Assembly: GCA_040290255.1 (NCBI GenBank)
Contig: PSMU01000001.1
Location: 1-64,000 of the forward strand
Reading direction: 5' to 3'
Source of the DNA: Nitrososphaerota archaeon
Lineage (GTDB): Archaea > Thermoproteota > Nitrososphaeria > PSMU01
Length of the DNA: 64,000 nt
Below are positions 54,967 to 64,000 of this stretch, in pieces. The number at the start of each line of letters is the position of its first letter. Within the stretch, counting starts at the first letter, position 1. The position numbers were made by a program, and so were the translations under genes. The notes beneath the pieces are model-generated. The model saw only the letters and a program-made list of their open reading frames with translations, made no database searches and was not told the DNA's origin.

Positions 54967-56159
54967 GGCCCTAAGCCCAACCTCCTGAGCAGCGAGGCCA
55001 AGGCCTTCGAGTCGGTTTGCGTGCCCGCCTGTCGGGCAAGCCACGGTAGGTCATCGCGCTTAACCAGGAGGAGATAGGGGAGGCAGAAGGCCCTGGTTTT
55101 TGCCTGTGATGTATGCAGGGCCCGGGCCAATGATCTCGCCAGCTGCCTTATAAGGGGCGCTTCATTCCACAGCGTCGTCTTGACAGGCCAAGGGAGCCAG
55201 TCCTCCATGAACGAAGCCACATTAGGCTTAAGGTGACGGGTTAATAGCGTGAGCATGGCGGTAAAATAGCGAAGCAGCTCCCATCTCCTCCGGCGCCTAA
55301 TCCTTGCGAGCAGCAGGTCAGCATCCGCCAGCGCCCTGAGCGCGGGCGCCATCGCCCTTACTTCGAGGCCCGAGCTAACGACGCTGCTAAAGAGCGCCCG
55401 CAGCTTATCCTCCGGCGGCAAAGGGCAGGCATCCAGCGCCTGCCTTGCTTCCTCTTCATCTTGGGCCGCAAAGAAGGCATTGACCGCCTCCTGCAGCGTC
55501 AGGCTCCTATCTTTCCTCGCTGGAGGCACCAGCTTCGTCGTAGAAAGGGTCACCAGGAGGTTCAGGGCCCTCCTAAAGTCCCCTTCGCTGGTCACCGCTA
55601 CCTTCGCTAGGTCCTCTTCGCTTAGCTCGAAGTCGGCCCTTGACGCCAGCTCCCTTAAGTACAGGAAGATGAGCCGGGGGCTGCAGGGCCTAATCCTTAA
55701 GGTCATGGATTGCTTGGCCAGCTTCTTGACACGCTCATCATCCTCTTTGTTTGCGGCCATGACGAGGGGCGTCGATAGACCCTTGGCCCTGCCAAGCCTA
55801 GTCAGCAGAAACTCCAGGCCCCCCCTGTCCTCCTGTGAGAAGAGGCCATCGACCTCATCGAGAAATAGGAGGATCCTAGATCCTTCGACCGTTATGCCGC
55901 CGCTTACGGAGGCGAGCACCTGCTCTAATGCTGGCCTAGCCCTGTAGTCGCTGGCATTCAGTTCCCTGACGAAATAGTCTAGCGATGAGGAGGTAAGATG
56001 AACCAGGGTGGTCTTGCCCGTCCCGGGAGGTCCCACTAGGAGCACGGGCCGCGCGCCGGGGCTCCAACTGCGCAACCACCTGTAAAACTCGACCCTCTGC
56101 TGCTCATTGCCCATGAGCTCTTCCGGCGACGAAGGGCCTAAAGTCCTCAGTAGGGACAT
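54963..56159 (-). CDS. rfcL: Replication factor C large subunit
   Basis: [31 protein letters not shown]. Confidence 0.88.
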   Translation of the reverse strand: MSLLRTLGPSSPEELMGNEQQRVEFYRWLRSWSPGARPVLLVGPPGTGKTTLVHLTSSSLDYFVRELNASDYRARPALEQVLASVSGGITVEGSRILLFLDEVDGLFSQEDRGGLEFLLTRLGRAKGLSTPLVMAANKEDDERVKKLAKQSMTLRIRPCSPRLIFLYLRELASRADFELSEEDLAKVAVTSEGDFRRALNLLVTLSTTKLVPPARKDRSLTLQEAVNAFFAAQDEEEARQALDACPLPPEDKLRALFSSVVSSGLEVRAMAPALRALADADLLLARIRRRRRWELLRYFTAMLTLLTRHLKPNVASFMEDWLPWPVKTTLWNEAPLIRQLARSLARALHTSQAKTRAFCLPYLLLVKRDDLPWLARQAGTQTDSKALASLLRRLGLGP

Positions 56160-56211
56160 ACCCTCACCGCTGTCATAGGGCAGCCCGGGTTTTATAGGAT
56201 GTTGAGCCGGC

Positions 56212-57090
56212 TCAGCGCGTTAGGCCTCCTACTATGAAAGCGACGAGCCCCAAGCCCATATAGATTAGGAGGGTGTTCTTCGCCCTAATCGCCTCGTTCC
56301 CCGTGATGCCCCTGAACAGCTTAAGCGATAACCTAGAGTGCAGGAGGCACGAGGGCAGCACAGTTACCAGATACAACCAGCCCACTAGGCCTAAGAGGAA
56401 AGGCAACACAGAGAAGACGGCGGCCATGAGGAGGGCTAAGGCCGCCACAAGCGAGGCCGTGGGAGGGCCGTACTTAACGGCGATGGTGCGGATCCCGCTG
56501 GCCTTATCGCCCTCTATATCGGGGATGCCCTTTAGCACTTCCCTCCCGAGCGCCGAGGCGAAGGCCGTGGCCGTCGCCAACGCTAGGAAGCCGTCCAAGC
56601 CCCCTCCTTTGATAAGGGCCCCATAAGGAAAGGGGGCCGCCACCGAAGCCGCCACGGCGATGTTGCCGACGATGCCCCACCTCTTCAGCAACACGCTATA
56701 GGCGTAGCCCAACGCGGCGTAGGCCGACGCATACGCGAGGGTCGCGGGGCCCGTCACAGCAGAAAAAAACAGGCCTAAGCCGAGGAATATGAGGGCCGCT
56801 CCCAGCGCACTGCGCCTGCTAAGGCTGCCAAGGACCAACGGTCGCTCTCTTCTGTTAAGCATGTCGACCGCGAGGTCATGTATATCGTTGACCGCCATTG
56901 AGAAGGATGAAATGAAGAAGCCGGTAAGGAAGCCGGCCGTATAATGTAGCGCTGGGCCTAAGGCTCCACGTGAGGCCATCAGGTAACCTATAAGCACGCC
57001 CGCCCCTATCATAAAGGAGTTAATGGGGCGCGCAAGCCGCAGCGCCGCCGTGAGCTTATGGCCTAACGAGATCCAGCCTTGCGACCTCAT
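56212..57090 (-). CDS. UbiA-family prenyltransferase, digeranylgeranylglyceryl phosphate synthase
   Basis: LARPIN, NDIHDLAVDMLNRRERPL..G, REVLKGIPDIEGD. Confidence 0.9.
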   Translation of the reverse strand: MRSQGWISLGHKLTAALRLARPINSFMIGAGVLIGYLMASRGALGPALHYTAGFLTGFFISSFSMAVNDIHDLAVDMLNRRERPLVLGSLSRRSALGAALIFLGLGLFFSAVTGPATLAYASAYAALGYAYSVLLKRWGIVGNIAVAASVAAPFPYGALIKGGGLDGFLALATATAFASALGREVLKGIPDIEGDKASGIRTIAVKYGPPTASLVAALALLMAAVFSVLPFLLGLVGWLYLVTVLPSCLLHSRLSLKLFRGITGNEAIRAKNTLLIYMGLGLVAFIVGGLTR

Positions 57091-57604
57091 AGTAAATCAC
57101 TTCGCCGCGCCTCTCCAGCACGGCCACGATGGGCTGTTTGCCTATTCGCATGATGCCGCCCACCAGGCGCTCAAGATCGGCCAGCTTAATCGTGAAGCCC
57201 TCGTTGAGGCAGAAGACCACATACTTAGCGGCCTTGCTGCCATAGGTTCCGGCCTCGTACACCCTGAAGTCGAGCCCAAAGCCGAAGCCTTCCCTTACCA
57301 CATAGCCCTTTGACCTAAGATCCCTGTACACCATGAACGCCACCCAGGCCGATGGATTCCTCCTCACGGCCCTCTCGGCCAGCTCCTCGAAGCTTACCTG
57401 CCTTCCCTTTTCACTGAGCGAAAGCTTCCCTATGTAGAGCAGATAGAGGGCCTCGTAATAATAGAGCCTAATAGAGCCCTCCTCCTCTTCCCTGCCATAT
57501 CCCCTCTCTTTGAGAAACTCGATCGCTTCCTTAGGTTCCCTTACCTTAGCGGTGAGTTCCCCCTCCAGCTCCGCCCTTATTGTCGGCAGGCTCTCCAGCG
57601 TCAA
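57056..57604 (-). CDS. endA: tRNA splicing endonuclease subunit (probably the structural subunit)
   Basis: YEALYL, VYRDLRSKGYVV, FGLDFRVY; catalytic His not evident. Confidence 0.88.
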   Translation of the reverse strand: MTLESLPTIRAELEGELTAKVREPKEAIEFLKERGYGREEEEGSIRLYYYEALYLLYIGKLSLSEKGRQVSFEELAERAVRRNPSAWVAFMVYRDLRSKGYVVREGFGFGLDFRVYEAGTYGSKAAKYVVFCLNEGFTIKLADLERLVGGIMRIGKQPIVAVLERRGEVIYYEVARLDLVRP

Positions 57605-57653
57605 CCCCTGTGCGACCCAAAAGGTTTAACTTAATAGATATGAGCTTTCGCTC

Positions 57654-57739
57654 GGGCCCGTGGCCCAGCATGGATAGGGCACCGGCCTGCGGTTCTGGCG
57701 GATAGCCGGGGGTCGCGGGTTCAAATCCCGCCGGGCCCG
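57654..57739 (+). tRNA. tRNA-Arg(GCG) with 11-nt intron at 37/38 (57693-57703)
   Basis: CCGGC-CT-GCG-G[TTCTGGCGGAT]A-GCCGG; CTGC/GCGG central helix. Confidence 0.92.
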
Positions 57740-57803
57740 CCTTTTACTGCATAGAATGACGCAGCCCAAAGCCCATGACTCCTTAGATAAGGAGGTTACG
57801 GCC

Positions 57804-59078
57804 TTAGCCCAGAAGCGCCACGAGCTTATCCTCCAGCGCCCTCAGCTCCACGCTCTCCTGCCTGCCGGTCGTCAGCTCCCTGACGGTAACGTACTTCTGC
57901 GCCAACTCCCTTTCACCCAAGATGACCGCATACTCATACTTAGAGGCGGCCTCCTCGAGCTGCCTCCCGAGCCCTCTCCCGAGCAGGTCCGTTTCACAGG
58001 GTATTCCCTTTGCCCTGAGCCGCTCGGTCAGGCCCATGGCCTGGCCGCGCAGCCCGAGCTGGGCGTATGCTATGAAGAAGCCCCTTCGCAGGAACGGTGC
58101 TGAACCTCCCAGCGCTAGAACGGTTCTCTCCACCCCTCCGGCCACGCCCACGGCGGCCAGATCCTCCCTACCAAAGGCCCTGAGCAAGGCATCATAGCGC
58201 CCTCCCCCAGCCAAGGACCCCAGGCCCTGTTTGCCCTCGAGCAGAGCTTCAAACACTATCCCCGAATAATAATCTAGGCCGCGTGCTATGCTAAGATCAA
58301 GGACGAGGGCGTCGGTTAACCCTATCGTACTGCAGAGATCGGCCAGCTGCTTCAGCTCATCCGCCCGTAGGCCCTCCTCCTCGAGCCTCGGGACCTCCTT
58401 CCGCAGCGGGCCCCTCTTCCTGCCCAACTCCAAGGTCGCCTCTAAGGCCTCGGCGGATAAGCCCTTCTTCTTATATTCGGCTAAAAGCTCCTCCTTAGGT
58501 TTCTTCGCGCTCTTATCCAAGGCCCTTATGAGCTCCAGTACCTCCTTCTCGCTTTGTACGCCCAGCTTCTCCCTGATGTAGCTCTCCACCAGCCTCCTGT
58601 CGCTTACGTGCAACTTGACGTTCAGTCCTAGGCTCTTGAGGAAGTAATTGGTGAAGGAAAGCACCTCCGCTTCGGCTGTAACATCCTTCACCCCGAAGAT
58701 CTCTATATCCCATTGATAGAACCATCTATACCTTCCCATCTGGGGCTCATCATACCTCCACATGTCCGCGAAACTCGCGAGCTTCACCGGAAGCTTCAGC
58801 GCCTTATTGCTGGCCACGAATCGCGAGAGGCCCACCGTGAGGTCGAAGCGCAGCGCCACCTCCCTGCCGGCCTTATCCTTAAAGGCGTAAATTTCGCGCG
58901 CTATATCGGGGCCACTCTTGGCCTCCAGCGTGGAGAGGAATTCTATCGAAGCTGGCTCCATTGGAGTGAAGCCGTAGAGGTGCACGGCCCTGAAGAAGGC
59001 CTCCCTTATCCTCTCGATCACCGCGAACTCCTCAGGCTCTATATCCCTTATCCCCCTGGGGGTTGAGAGCTCGGGCAT
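57804..59078 (-). CDS. hisS: Histidine--tRNA ligase
   Basis: PRGIRD, LRFDLT, WRYDEPQMGRYRWFYQ, RGLDYYSG, GGGRYD. Confidence 0.97.
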   Translation of the reverse strand: MPELSTPRGIRDIEPEEFAVIERIREAFFRAVHLYGFTPMEPASIEFLSTLEAKSGPDIAREIYAFKDKAGREVALRFDLTVGLSRFVASNKALKLPVKLASFADMWRYDEPQMGRYRWFYQWDIEIFGVKDVTAEAEVLSFTNYFLKSLGLNVKLHVSDRRLVESYIREKLGVQSEKEVLELIRALDKSAKKPKEELLAEYKKKGLSAEALEATLELGRKRGPLRKEVPRLEEEGLRADELKQLADLCSTIGLTDALVLDLSIARGLDYYSGIVFEALLEGKQGLGSLAGGGRYDALLRAFGREDLAAVGVAGGVERTVLALGGSAPFLRRGFFIAYAQLGLRGQAMGLTERLRAKGIPCETDLLGRGLGRQLEEAASKYEYAVILGERELAQKYVTVRELTTGRQESVELRALEDKLVALLG

Positions 59079-59080
59079 GG

Positions 59081-60049
59081 CTACCGCACCCCTGCCGATC
59101 CCAACCTGGCCAGCTCTGCCAGTGCGGCCGAGAGCTGTATCTCTGGATTCCCGCCTTGTCCCAGCCTGTAGTCGTATTCCGCGAAGAGCCTGGCCACCTC
59201 GCCCTTGTCGGCGAGCTGAGGCATCGTGAGCGCCTCATGATAGGCCGCCTTCAGGAGCTCCCTCTCCGATATGCCGTCAACCCTAAGCAGCTGGACGAGC
59301 TTGGCCAGGGCCTCCTGCAGCTTGCCCGCCACAGCCAGCTGGAGCAGCTCCCTAACCCTCGCGCGAGGGGAGAGCCCGCCCACCCTATCGACCGTCTCCT
59401 CGTCCACCGCGCCCAGGGAGGCCGCGGCTTGAAGCAGGTTTATCGCATGCCTTAGGTCGCCTTCCGCCAACAGGTAAATTCGCTCAAGCGCTGCGGGCGT
59501 GAACTTAACGCCCTCCTTCTCACAGATATGCTTGAGCCAGGCGACTACGTCCTCCTCGCTCAGGGACCTGAACCTGAAGATGACAGTCCTGCTCTGGATC
59601 GGCTCTATTATGCCCGAGCTGTAATTACACGTGAGGATGAACCTCGTGTTATATGAATAGCTCTCCATGATGCGCCTAAGTGCGGTCTGGGCTTCGGCCG
59701 TCATCTCGTCGGCCTCATCGAGTATTATGAGCTTGAAGGGTACGCCTTCCCCTCTAGAGTACCGAGCGAAGGACTTTATCCTCTGGCGGACGGTATCAAT
59801 CCCTCTCTCATCGCTTGCATTTAGCTCCAGCGTGAACTCACGCCACCTCTCGCCAAAGAGCTCTCTGGCTATGATGAGGGCTATCGTCGTCTTCCCTGTG
59901 CCCGGAGGACCCGCGAAGAGTAGGTGTGGAAGCTCTTCCTTCCTCTGCAGGAGCCGCTGCACGCCCTCCACGACCTCGCGTTGGTTCACTACGTCCTCGA
60001 GCCTAACCGGCCTATACCTTTCGCTCCAGAGCGTTCTCGCTGCCGCCAT
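59081..60049 (-). CDS. rfcS: Replication factor C small subunit
   Basis: [37 protein letters not shown]. Confidence 0.97.
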   Translation of the reverse strand: MAAARTLWSERYRPVRLEDVVNQREVVEGVQRLLQRKEELPHLLFAGPPGTGKTTIALIIARELFGERWREFTLELNASDERGIDTVRQRIKSFARYSRGEGVPFKLIILDEADEMTAEAQTALRRIMESYSYNTRFILTCNYSSGIIEPIQSRTVIFRFRSLSEEDVVAWLKHICEKEGVKFTPAALERIYLLAEGDLRHAINLLQAAASLGAVDEETVDRVGGLSPRARVRELLQLAVAGKLQEALAKLVQLLRVDGISERELLKAAYHEALTMPQLADKGEVARLFAEYDYRLGQGGNPEIQLSAALAELARLGSAGVR

Positions 60050-60150
60050 AGCTTCTTCCTCTCCCCTAGCAGCCCGTTGCTTATATACGCTAGCGGCTTA
60101 CCCTTCCCGCCGGCAAAGGTTTAATTTGCCCGGCATGCATGTTACACAGC

Positions 60151-60693
60151 ATGGAAGATAAGAACTCGGAGCAGGAAATGACCGTCAGCGATGCTTTATC
60201 CCAGCTCAATCCTGTCAAGGTAAGGTCCCTGCGGCAGATTCCCGCCCTCCCAGACCTAGGCATAAACAACCTCATAAAGGAAGGGGAAACGGTCTCGCTC
60301 CCCCGCTGGCAGGCTCACCTCCTGGCCCGAGAGGGGTATGTATTGCTCGTGGACGACGACATAGAAATAGAGCTGGCCAAGGCCTGCATAAGGGAAAAGG
60401 GCTCCAGCGTTCAGCTCTTTCCTCTGCCCTATAGGGACTTCTATGCGAGGGTCAAGGACCGCCTAAGGACGTTAGGCAATGGGGACCTCAACGATAAAAG
60501 GAGGCACGACCACGTCTACGCGCTGATGCAGGAACTCATAACGCTTAGACTTCATAAAATATTAAGCCAGTTGGCCGCCTCCGAGGGAGGTGCTCTTCCG
60601 AAGGAGGTCCTCTCCGAAGAGGAGGTGGAGCTGGTTAGGGCGCTTAGGCCTAGGCTGCTCGCCTGGAAGAGGGGGCTATTGGAGGTGAAATGA
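60151..60693 (+). CDS. GINS complex subunit (Gins23-like); start uncertain
   Basis: EGETVSLPRWQA..L B-domain, DFY, RLHKIL, LSEEE; directly upstream of mcm. Confidence 0.82.
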   Translation: MEDKNSEQEMTVSDALSQLNPVKVRSLRQIPALPDLGINNLIKEGETVSLPRWQAHLLAREGYVLLVDDDIEIELAKACIREKGSSVQLFPLPYRDFYARVKDRLRTLGNGDLNDKRRHDHVYALMQELITLRLHKILSQLAASEGGALPKEVLSEEEVELVRALRPRLLAWKRGLLEVK

Positions 60694-62732
60694 TGCTCAC
60701 GGAGGGCAAGCTGGTCGATATAGCTTGGGACTTCCTGAGCAGCTATAAGGACCAGCAGGGGAGGGCCAAGTATAGGGAGGATGCCTCGAGGACGATCTCA
60801 CAGGGTAGAACTTCCTTAGCGATCGACTTCATAGACCTCCTCACTTACGATAAAGAGCTGGCGGGCGAGCTCCTCGCGGAACCAGATACGGTCCTGACGG
60901 CCTTCGATAAGGCCGTGTATCAACTCTTTACAACCCTAAATCCATCCCTAAGCTCGCAAAGCCCGCTTCTGTTTAAGGCTCGCGTGAAAGGGATCACCGA
61001 GAAGGTCCCCCTAAGGGATATCTCAAGCGCGCACATAGACAGGCTGATCGCCGTCGGGGGGCTGGTCGTAAGGGCCTCGGAGGTCAGGCCTTACCTAATG
61101 CAAGGCATGTGGAGATGTAGCACGGGCCACTTGACTAGGGGAGACTTCGTGGGCCCACATATAAAAAAGCCGCCTCGTTGCGCTGAGTGCGGCCTGGCCG
61201 ACCTGGCGCTAGACAAGAGGCACAGCGTCTTTTCGAACTATCAGCTCATTAGGGTCCAAGAGTTGCCGGAGGAGCTGCCTCCTGGACAGCTGCCCCAGTA
61301 CATAGATGTACAGCTCTTTGGGGATCTGGCCAATTCCGCCAGGCCCGGGGATAGGGTCATCGTTACCGGCATCGTCAGATCTGAGCCCGAAGGCTTCGGG
61401 CCTAGGCAGCAGAGGATCTTCGTTTCTAGGCTTGAAGGAAATTATGTTGAGGCCTTAGGGAGGGAGGTCGAAAGGCTGGAAATAACGCGTGAGGACGAAG
61501 AGCGCATAAAGGCCTTTGCCCAGCAGAGCGATGCCTTCGCTAAGCTGGTTGAATCGATCGCCCCCGCCATAAAAGGTCATATGGATATCAAGGAGGCCAT
61601 ACTGCTGGCGCTCGCCGGTGCACCTCAGGTTTCCCTTCCTGACGGCACCACGCTGCGTGGCTACGTCAACGTGCTCTTAGTGGGCGACCCCGGCACCGCC
61701 AAGACGGAGCTGCTCAAGTATGCCGCAAGGCTGGCGCCCAGGGGCCTCTACACGACTGGGCGTGGCTCCACGGCCGCGGGCCTTACGGCCGCAGTAGTGA
61801 AGGAGAAGGGGGGCATGCTGATGCTAGAGGCGGGCGCGGTCGTTCTGGCCGACCAAGGGGTGGCCTGCATAGATGAGTTCGAGAAGATGAGGCCGGAGGA
61901 CAGGCAGGTCCTCCACGAGGTGATGGAGCAGAATACCGTGAGCGTGGCCAAGGGCGGCATCGTGGCCACGCTAAACGCCAGGACCTCCATTCTAGCGGCC
62001 GCCAACCCAGTCCTAGGCAAGTATGACCCGATGGCTAACATATACGACAACCTCAACCTGCCTATCCCCCTGCTCACGCGCTTCGATCTCATCTTCGTAA
62101 TCATGGACGTGCCCCAGAGGGATAGGGACGAAGCGGTGGCCAGGCACATACTGCAAATTTACAGGGACTTTACATACCCCGCGCCTCCTCCCGTGGACTT
62201 CGAATTCCTCAGGAAGTATATCATCTACTCCAAGAGGATGCGGCCCGTCCTTACCAAGGAGGCGGAGGAGAAGATCCTGAACTTCTACCTCAATATTAGG
62301 GCAAATGCCCCCGAGGGCATGATCACCATCACCCATAGGCAGCTCGAGACGCTCGTCAGGCTGGCCATGGCCAGGGCCAGGCTGCTGCTCAGGGATAGGG
62401 TGCTGGGCGAAGATGCGGACCAGGCCATAAGGCTCTTCATGAGCATGCTAGAATCCGCGGCCAAGGATGTTAAAACGGGAAGGGTGGACGTCGGCGTGCT
62501 TTATGGCAAGCCCTATAGCTTCAGGACGCTCTTCCAGAAGGCGCAGCAGCTCTTCAAGGAGATGGAACAGGGTGGCAAAGTCGCCGTGGATATAGAGGAC
62601 TTTAGGAGGAAGCTGATTCAGGAAACGGGGGCGAGCGAGGAGGATGCCGAGAAGGTCATCACGCAGTTGAAGCAGAGCGGGATGATCTACGAGGTAAGCA
62701 GAGGGAAGTTCAAGTACGCCGCAGGAGTATAG
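60690..62732 (+). CDS. mcm: Replicative helicase MCM
   Basis: QELPEELPPGQLP, GDPGTAKT, IDEFEKM, LTRFDL; no intein. Confidence 0.97.
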   Translation: MMLTEGKLVDIAWDFLSSYKDQQGRAKYREDASRTISQGRTSLAIDFIDLLTYDKELAGELLAEPDTVLTAFDKAVYQLFTTLNPSLSSQSPLLFKARVKGITEKVPLRDISSAHIDRLIAVGGLVVRASEVRPYLMQGMWRCSTGHLTRGDFVGPHIKKPPRCAECGLADLALDKRHSVFSNYQLIRVQELPEELPPGQLPQYIDVQLFGDLANSARPGDRVIVTGIVRSEPEGFGPRQQRIFVSRLEGNYVEALGREVERLEITREDEERIKAFAQQSDAFAKLVESIAPAIKGHMDIKEAILLALAGAPQVSLPDGTTLRGYVNVLLVGDPGTAKTELLKYAARLAPRGLYTTGRGSTAAGLTAAVVKEKGGMLMLEAGAVVLADQGVACIDEFEKMRPEDRQVLHEVMEQNTVSVAKGGIVATLNARTSILAAANPVLGKYDPMANIYDNLNLPIPLLTRFDLIFVIMDVPQRDRDEAVARHILQIYRDFTYPAPPPVDFEFLRKYIIYSKRMRPVLTKEAEEKILNFYLNIRANAPEGMITITHRQLETLVRLAMARARLLLRDRVLGEDADQAIRLFMSMLESAAKDVKTGRVDVGVLYGKPYSFRTLFQKAQQLFKEMEQGGKVAVDIEDFRRKLIQETGASEEDAEKVITQLKQSGMIYEVSRGKFKYAAGV

Positions 62733-62743
62733 AGATAAGGCTA

Positions 62744-64000
62744 ATGGAACTTGGGGAGCTCGACCTTCATGCGGACATAGCCCGAATCCTTACACAGAAG
62801 GGTATCTCGGCCCTCTATCCCGTTCAGGAGCTCGCGGTTAAGCATGGCCTTCTTGAGGGGGAGGATCTGCTCGTAGCCTCGCCTACGGCCTCGGGAAAGA
62901 CCTTGCTGGCCGTGCTGGCCATGTCAAAGAAGGTCGTTGAGCGGAGCGGGAAGATGGTCTACCTATCGCCCCTAAGGTCATTGGCCCATGAGAAGCTCAT
63001 GGAGTTCGGCGCCTTTGAGGGGGTACAGAAAGCCGCGGGCGCGCCCTTAAGGATTGCGATAAGCACCGGCGATTATGATGAGCCCGCCGAGAAGCTCGCG
63101 TATTATGATGTGCTCATTCTGACCTATGAGAAGTTTGATTCTATCTGGAGAAGGACGCCGAGCTGGTTAAACGATGTCTCCCTCTATGTCGTGGACGAGC
63201 TGCATATGCTGGCCGATAACAAGAGGGGGCCCGTTCTAGAGGCGCTGTTATCACGAATACGCGCCGATAGGCCGGAGAACTCGCAGCTGCTCGCCTTCAG
63301 CGCCACCATAGCTAATGCCCAGCAGCTCGCCCAGTGGCTGGACCTGAAGCCCATAACTCTTGAATGGAGGCCGGTCCCGCTGAGGGAGGGGGTCTACATA
63401 GCCGAAAGAAGGGAGATCAGATTCAAGGATGGAGAAACGAAGCCCATAAGGTATAGCGGGAGGGGGGATATCGCCGACCTCGCCCTCGATACCATCTCCG
63501 AAGGGGGCCAGGCCCTTATCTTCACCGAAACTAGGAGGAGGGCGGTTTCGCTGGCTAGGCGGCTACAAGATATAGGAGAGCGGGTGCTTGACGCAGAGGC
63601 CAAGCAGAGGCTTGCCTCGCTCTCTAGGGAGCTCCTCAGCGCTGAGGAATCGACGGACCTGACCAGGACGCTCGCCCAAGTGGTAGGCAAGGGGGTAGCG
63701 TTTCACCATGCTGGCCTCTCATCATGGGCCAGAAGGGCGATCGAGGAGGCGTTCAGGGCGGGCCTCGTGCCAGTTCTATGCAGCACCACCACATTAGCGG
63801 CGGGAGTTAACCTGCCCGCCAGGCGTGTGATAATAGCCTCCACCTACCGCTACGACGAAGTGGAAGGAAGCGTGCCAATAAGCGTCATGGACTACAGACA
63901 GATGGGGGGACGGGCGGGCAGGCCGCAGTACGATGATGTAGGGGAAATCGTGCTTTTGGCCTCGTCGGAGGCCGAAGGCCAAGAGCTCTGGGCCAGGTAC
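62744..64000 (+). CDS. hel308: Hel308/Hjm SF2 helicase, truncated at window end
   Basis: ALYPVQ, SPTASGKT, VDELH, SAT, WRPVPL, FHHAGL, TTTLAAGVNLPA, QMGGRAGRP. Confidence 0.95.
   Translation, partial: MELGELDLHADIARILTQKGISALYPVQELAVKHGLLEGEDLLVASPTASGKTLLAVLAMSKKVVERSGKMVYLSPLRSLAHEKLMEFGAFEGVQKAAGAPLRIAISTGDYDEPAEKLAYYDVLILTYEKFDSIWRRTPSWLNDVSLYVVDELHMLADNKRGPVLEALLSRIRADRPENSQLLAFSATIANAQQLAQWLDLKPITLEWRPVPLREGVYIAERREIRFKDGETKPIRYSGRGDIADLALDTISEGGQALIFTETRRRAVSLARRLQDIGERVLDAEAKQRLASLSRELLSAEESTDLTRTLAQVVGKGVAFHHAGLSSWARRAIEEAFRAGLVPVLCSTTTLAAGVNLPARRVIIASTYRYDEVEGSVPISVMDYRQMGGRAGRPQYDDVGEIVLLASSEAEGQELWARY

Noticed and set aside
1-64000. CRISPR array, IS element, provirus, intein, rRNA or defence island
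   Set aside because: I saw no regularly spaced repeats, transposase, integrase or viral genes, and intergenic gaps are short; mcm, rfcS and cdc48 have normal lengths.

Overview
GC-rich archaeal chromosomal segment dominated by core housekeeping genes. By my recall of family sequences (TBP, splicing endonuclease subunit, several conserved hypotheticals), it best fits a thermophilic Nitrososphaerota (Thaumarchaeota-like) lineage; no database search was possible. It contains the ribosomal protein cluster with secY-adk-DUF106-cmk-cbf5, the exosome/proteasome superoperon, replication genes (dnaG, cdc6, rfcS/L, GINS, mcm, partial hel308), tbp, cdc48, an ECF transporter operon, a lipA-E2-lpd-lipB cluster, N-glycan sugar genes and five tRNAs (four with 10-14 nt introns). 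I saw no CRISPR array, transposase, integrase or provirus, and no clear multi-gene novel system. The most notable observations are: an inverted and pruned S10-type block (uL4, uL2 and eS4 absent); 66 bp of exact D1/D2 identity inside cdc48; an Oxa1-family insertase with an extra extracellular domain; an orphan arcadin-1; a degenerate NTase-kinase fusion operon; unannotated small proteins; and candidate box C/D and K-turn RNAs.
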